Positions 17,126 to 19,829 of a stretch of 19,829 nucleotides of DNA are shown one piece after another. The notes under the pieces were generated by a model. It worked only from the letters and a program-made list of their open reading frames with translations. It searched no databases and was not told the origin of the DNA. Position 1 is the stretch's first letter, and the number at the start of each line of letters is the position of its first letter. The stretch spans positions 1 through 19,829 of the forward strand of contig JAFGDV010000032.1 in NCBI GenBank assembly GCA_016931955.1. The letters are read 5' to 3'. The stretch is from Candidatus Altiarchaeota archaeon (GTDB taxonomy: Archaea; Altiarchaeota; Altiarchaeia; IMC4; QMZM01). The position numbers and the translations under genes were made by a program.

Positions 17126-17772
17126 CATCGAACATATTCCCCCAAGTCTGTCTTGCTCTGCAGGCCCTCCAGTTTCACTCTCTCATCGATGAGTATCGTT
17201 GGGGTAACGGTTATGTTATACTGTTTCTTGATTATGTCGATTGTCGCAATATCCAGGTCAATAGGAAGTGGAATAAGCATCATACCGCGCCCGCACTTTT
17301 CCTTCAAATCCATGAGAACCGCACTATGCACGTTTTCCTCCATCGACGTATTATAGTGAGAATAAAAGTACACAACGTTGGAGTAGCTGGCATTACAGTT
17401 CCTCTTCAATTCGATGCAGTTAAACCAAAACTGCAGCTTCAACAGAACATAGCGCCTCTTGTCAATGATAAGGGAGGGCGCGAGCTTGTTTACCTTCTCA
17501 TATTCGTCGATGCGCAAGCCTTCAGCGTACACCTTCTCCGAGAACCTCAGATTTTCTTGAATGGCCGGCTCACAGAAGTTAGAAGAATTCCTGAATATCT
17601 GATAGTAGAGGCTCTGCATCCTCGCATCGTTGGAGCTTATCTCCATCCCCTTATATTCCTCCCTGACCTCTTCCACACGAGAGTTATCAATCCACATACC
17701 GATAAAAACACCAATCACGAATATGATCAACGTCAAGACAAAAGCCTTCCAGAAAACATCCTGAGCTACCAT
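17122..17772 (-). CDS. Membrane-anchored protein: TM, helical region and thioredoxin-like C-terminal domain (accessory paralog 2, 216 aa)
   Basis: Colinear similarity with 15166-15852 (SNFC/NNTC, RIDEY/RITEY, KRNC/KKMC, VYFY/LYFY, YNITVTP/YNITEYP). 5 Cys; sequons NSS, NAS, NTS, NIT. Confidence 0.8.
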   Translation of the reverse strand: MVAQDVFWKAFVLTLIIFVIGVFIGMWIDNSRVEEVREEYKGMEISSNDARMQSLYYQIFRNSSNFCEPAIQENLRFSEKVYAEGLRIDEYEKVNKLAPSLIIDKRRYVLLKLQFWFNCIELKRNCNASYSNVVYFYSHYNTSMEENVHSAVLMDLKEKCGRGMMLIPLPIDLDIATIDIIKKQYNITVTPTILIDERVKLEGLQSKTDLGEYVRC

Positions 17773-18983
17773 TTTTGTTTCCTATATACCAAAAGCCTCC
17801 AAAACGAATGGATTAATAATATAGGGAATAAGAAGAGATAGATTGATAAATAGATGAGCATCTCAAAGAAGTTGCTTAGACTGCGTATAGGCTTATCCAT
17901 CGCCTTCAAGCCCACGAAAAGATAAATCAAAGAAGTGAAGAATATGGTCAACCCAAAGACTGTGAACACGTTAGGCAACAGATTCAAAGAAAAATAGTTC
18001 ATTGGATTCACGCCAGCGATCTTGGCATAATACCAGAACTCCATAAAAGAGGAAAACCTCAGTATGAGAAGGTAGAGAAACAAGGCCAAGCCGACTAGGC
18101 TTAAGATTATTGAAACAGAAAAATACGGCACAATAAACAAACCAAAGACACCATATCGCTTACTTAAGAAGGCGTTCTTGTATGCGCTGGCTGTCTGTAT
18201 GCCGCCGATATCCCACCTCAGCCGCTGACGCCACCAGCTCCTGAAAGAGGACGGCGCCGTGGTGTAAACCTTCGCCGGAAGAGCCATCCGAATCCTATAA
18301 TGTGCTTTCTGCAGCCTCCAGGCAATCTCGATGTCCTCGGTCAGAACATTCTCATCAAAGCCACCTAATTTCTCCAAGACGCTCTTCCGGTATAAACTCA
18401 AAGGTCCAGGAGTAACGTAGACACTATTCAAGTAGTCTAAAAGCTTCCTATTCCATGCGATAAGCAGATACTCCATCTCCTGCAGCTTCTGCAGGAAGTT
18501 CCTCGCATCCCTAACAAGGATCGAAGAAGTCACCGCAGCCACCTTAGTATCACTAAAAAAGGTAATCATCTTCAGCAGAGCATCCTCGGCAGGATAAGAG
18601 TCAGCGTCAACGCAGCCAACGACCTCGCCCATCGCCTCAGAAATACCGCGATTAAGTGCGGCCGCCTTCCCCGCGTTATCCTGCCTGATAACCCTAACAC
18701 CCAACTCCTCAGCCCTCTCCGCCGTCTTATCAGTTGAGCCATCATCAACTACTATAACCTCAACACCCACAGGATAAGAGAGATTCTTAACCGCCTTAAT
18801 CGTTTCCCCTATATGTATCTCCTCATTGTATGCTGGAACAATCAAACTCAAGGAAGGAAACACCTCAGGCGAAGCCCCAGCAGACATCCTACCCCAGTTC
18901 TCCACGAAGAGGATCATAAAAAACACTATCAAGTAAAGAGAAATGAATGCAAAACCAAGGAACAAATAATCTATGAGGTACAT
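17766..18983 (-). CDS. Processive-type membrane GT2 glycosyltransferase, paralog C
   Basis: N-terminal TM; VPAYNEE, DDGSTD, GKAAALN, DADS, QEMEY, VTPGP, TED, QRLRW; ends KQKW. Confidence 0.92.
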   Translation of the reverse strand: MYLIDYLFLGFAFISLYLIVFFMILFVENWGRMSAGASPEVFPSLSLIVPAYNEEIHIGETIKAVKNLSYPVGVEVIVVDDGSTDKTAERAEELGVRVIRQDNAGKAAALNRGISEAMGEVVGCVDADSYPAEDALLKMITFFSDTKVAAVTSSILVRDARNFLQKLQEMEYLLIAWNRKLLDYLNSVYVTPGPLSLYRKSVLEKLGGFDENVLTEDIEIAWRLQKAHYRIRMALPAKVYTTAPSSFRSWWRQRLRWDIGGIQTASAYKNAFLSKRYGVFGLFIVPYFSVSIILSLVGLALFLYLLILRFSSFMEFWYYAKIAGVNPMNYFSLNLLPNVFTVFGLTIFFTSLIYLFVGLKAMDKPIRSLSNFFEMLIYLSIYLFLFPILLIHSFWRLLVYRKQKW

Positions 18984-19040
18984 TCTTTAGGATATATCCA
19001 CGAAATACATACTATTACTAAATACCAAGGCTGGATTAAA

Positions 19041-19643
19041 ATGCTCAAAGACCGGATCTTCGTCTTGGAGACAAAAAGACAGGCAGTGCATCTGTTTTTA
19101 GGACTCACCATCAGCGTAGCAGTATATCACCTAATGCCAATCGTAGGATACTACATCCTAGTCCCCCTCATGGTGGCGTTAATAGTGCTACTGCAGATGC
19201 AAAAACGATGCCCCAATCTACGGATAGCCAACCACCTAGTATGCCACTTCGAAAGAGACAACGACGCAATAAACTGCCCATTCAAGGGCTCAATCTTCTA
19301 CGGCTTCGGCATAATACCCCCAATCCTATTCCTGCCGCTAAACTACGCATGCGCAGTAATCGCAGTACTCAGCGTAGGAGACTCCACCTCCACCTGGATT
19401 GGAAAATTCTTCGGCAGAATAAGGATAGGACACAAAAGCCTTGAAGGAACCCTAACATTCTTCATATTCAGCAGCCTCGCCGTGTTATTATACGTACAAG
19501 ACTACCAAATAGCGCTAATCTTCGGCCTAGTCGGAGCAATACTAGAACTATTCACGCTCATAGACGACAACCTATTCATCCCCTTAGGATTAACAATACT
19601 ATACCACCTACTGAATATAATTACGCCAAATCTAATAGTTTAA
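19041..19643 (+). CDS. SEC59/DGK1/VTE5-family CTP-dependent polyprenol/dolichol/diacylglycerol kinase (200 aa)
   Basis: Start MLKDRIF at 19041. RQAVH, LSVGDSTSTWIGKFFG, KSLEGT, DDNLFIP; multiple TMs. Confidence 0.85.
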   Translation: MLKDRIFVLETKRQAVHLFLGLTISVAVYHLMPIVGYYILVPLMVALIVLLQMQKRCPNLRIANHLVCHFERDNDAINCPFKGSIFYGFGIIPPILFLPLNYACAVIAVLSVGDSTSTWIGKFFGRIRIGHKSLEGTLTFFIFSSLAVLLYVQDYQIALIFGLVGAILELFTLIDDNLFIPLGLTILYHLLNIITPNLIV

Positions 19644-19660
19644 CCAACCTTCTAGAGGTT

Positions 19661-19758
19661 GGGCCCGTAGCCTAGCCTGGATAGGGCACCGGACTTCTAA
19701 TCCCAACAAACAAAGAGAAGAAATCCGGTGGTCGCGGGTTCAAATCCCGCCGGGTCCG
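19661..19758 (+). tRNA. tRNA-Arg(TCT) with a 23-nt intron at position 37/38 (19700-19722); CCA not encoded
   Basis: Acceptor GGGCCCG/CGGGTCC, D arm GCCT/GGGC, anticodon stem CCGGA/TCCGG, anticodon TCT at 19696-19698, T arm GCGGG-TTCAAAT-CCCGC. BHB: CTTC/GAAG central helix with TAA and AAA bulges. Confidence 0.95.
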
Positions 19759-19761
19759 CTC

Positions 19762-19784
19762 ATAGCCCTTTCAAAAAGGGCTAT
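19762..19784. repeat. Inverted repeat ATAGCCCTTT-CAA-AAAGGGCTAT (10-bp stem)
   Basis: Perfect 10-bp stem read directly, 3 nt after the tRNA discriminator base. Confidence 0.75.
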
Positions 19785-19794
19785 CATCCCAAAG

Positions 19795-19824
19795 GAATTC
19801 CCTGCGGGAATTCTTCTTTCTTTT
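19795..19824 (+). terminator. Hairpin GAATTCCC-TGC-GGGAATTC followed by pyrimidine tract; candidate terminator
   Basis: 8-bp stem (19795-19813) then TTCTTTCTTTT, downstream of the tRNA. Confidence 0.5.
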
Positions 19825-19829
19825 CCGCC

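Noticed and set aside
17101-17841. 246-aa + strand ORF starting at the ATA-TGG (Ile-Trp) junction of GT-B, mimicking the nested accessory starts
   Set aside because: It is antisense to acc2 throughout, with no TM anchor or similarity to acc1/acc2 and no recognisable motifs; most likely a shadow ORF.
710-19444. Numerous 60-180 aa alternative-frame or antisense ORFs (for example 710..1135, 10192..10728, 15299..15676)
   Set aside because: All lie within well-supported genes and have atypical composition with no motifs.
1-19829. CRISPR array, transposase, integrase or rRNA
   Set aside because: No regularly spaced repeats or recognisable motifs were seen; nearly all sequence is accounted for by CDSs.

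Overview
Gene-dense archaeal chromosomal window. Archaeal origin is supported by archaeal-type SRP54, a DRG GTPase, TATA-like divergent intergenic spacers and a tRNA carrying a bulge-helix-bulge intron; a DPANN/Altiarchaeota-like lineage is only a guess. The first ~13.9 kb is mostly housekeeping: SpoIIM-like membrane protein, N-terminally reduced NFACT/Rqc2-like protein, DUF5752-like protein, HExxH membrane protease, DRG, THEP1-like NTPase, TraB, aroE, a vapBC pair, aroD-larB-short larC, minD, DUF192 and srp54. The most interesting part is 13922-19643. It holds three divergent processive-type GT2 synthases (all with DxD, ED and QxxRW) interleaved with two paralogous membrane-anchored, Cys-containing helical plus thioredoxin-like proteins in two convergent operons, flanked by a SEC59/DGK1-family lipid kinase. 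This is a candidate archaeal exopolysaccharide synthase complex with an unfamiliar accessory subunit. The window ends with an intron-containing tRNA-Arg(TCT) flanked by hairpins. All family calls come from motif recognition by eye; no database searches were run.
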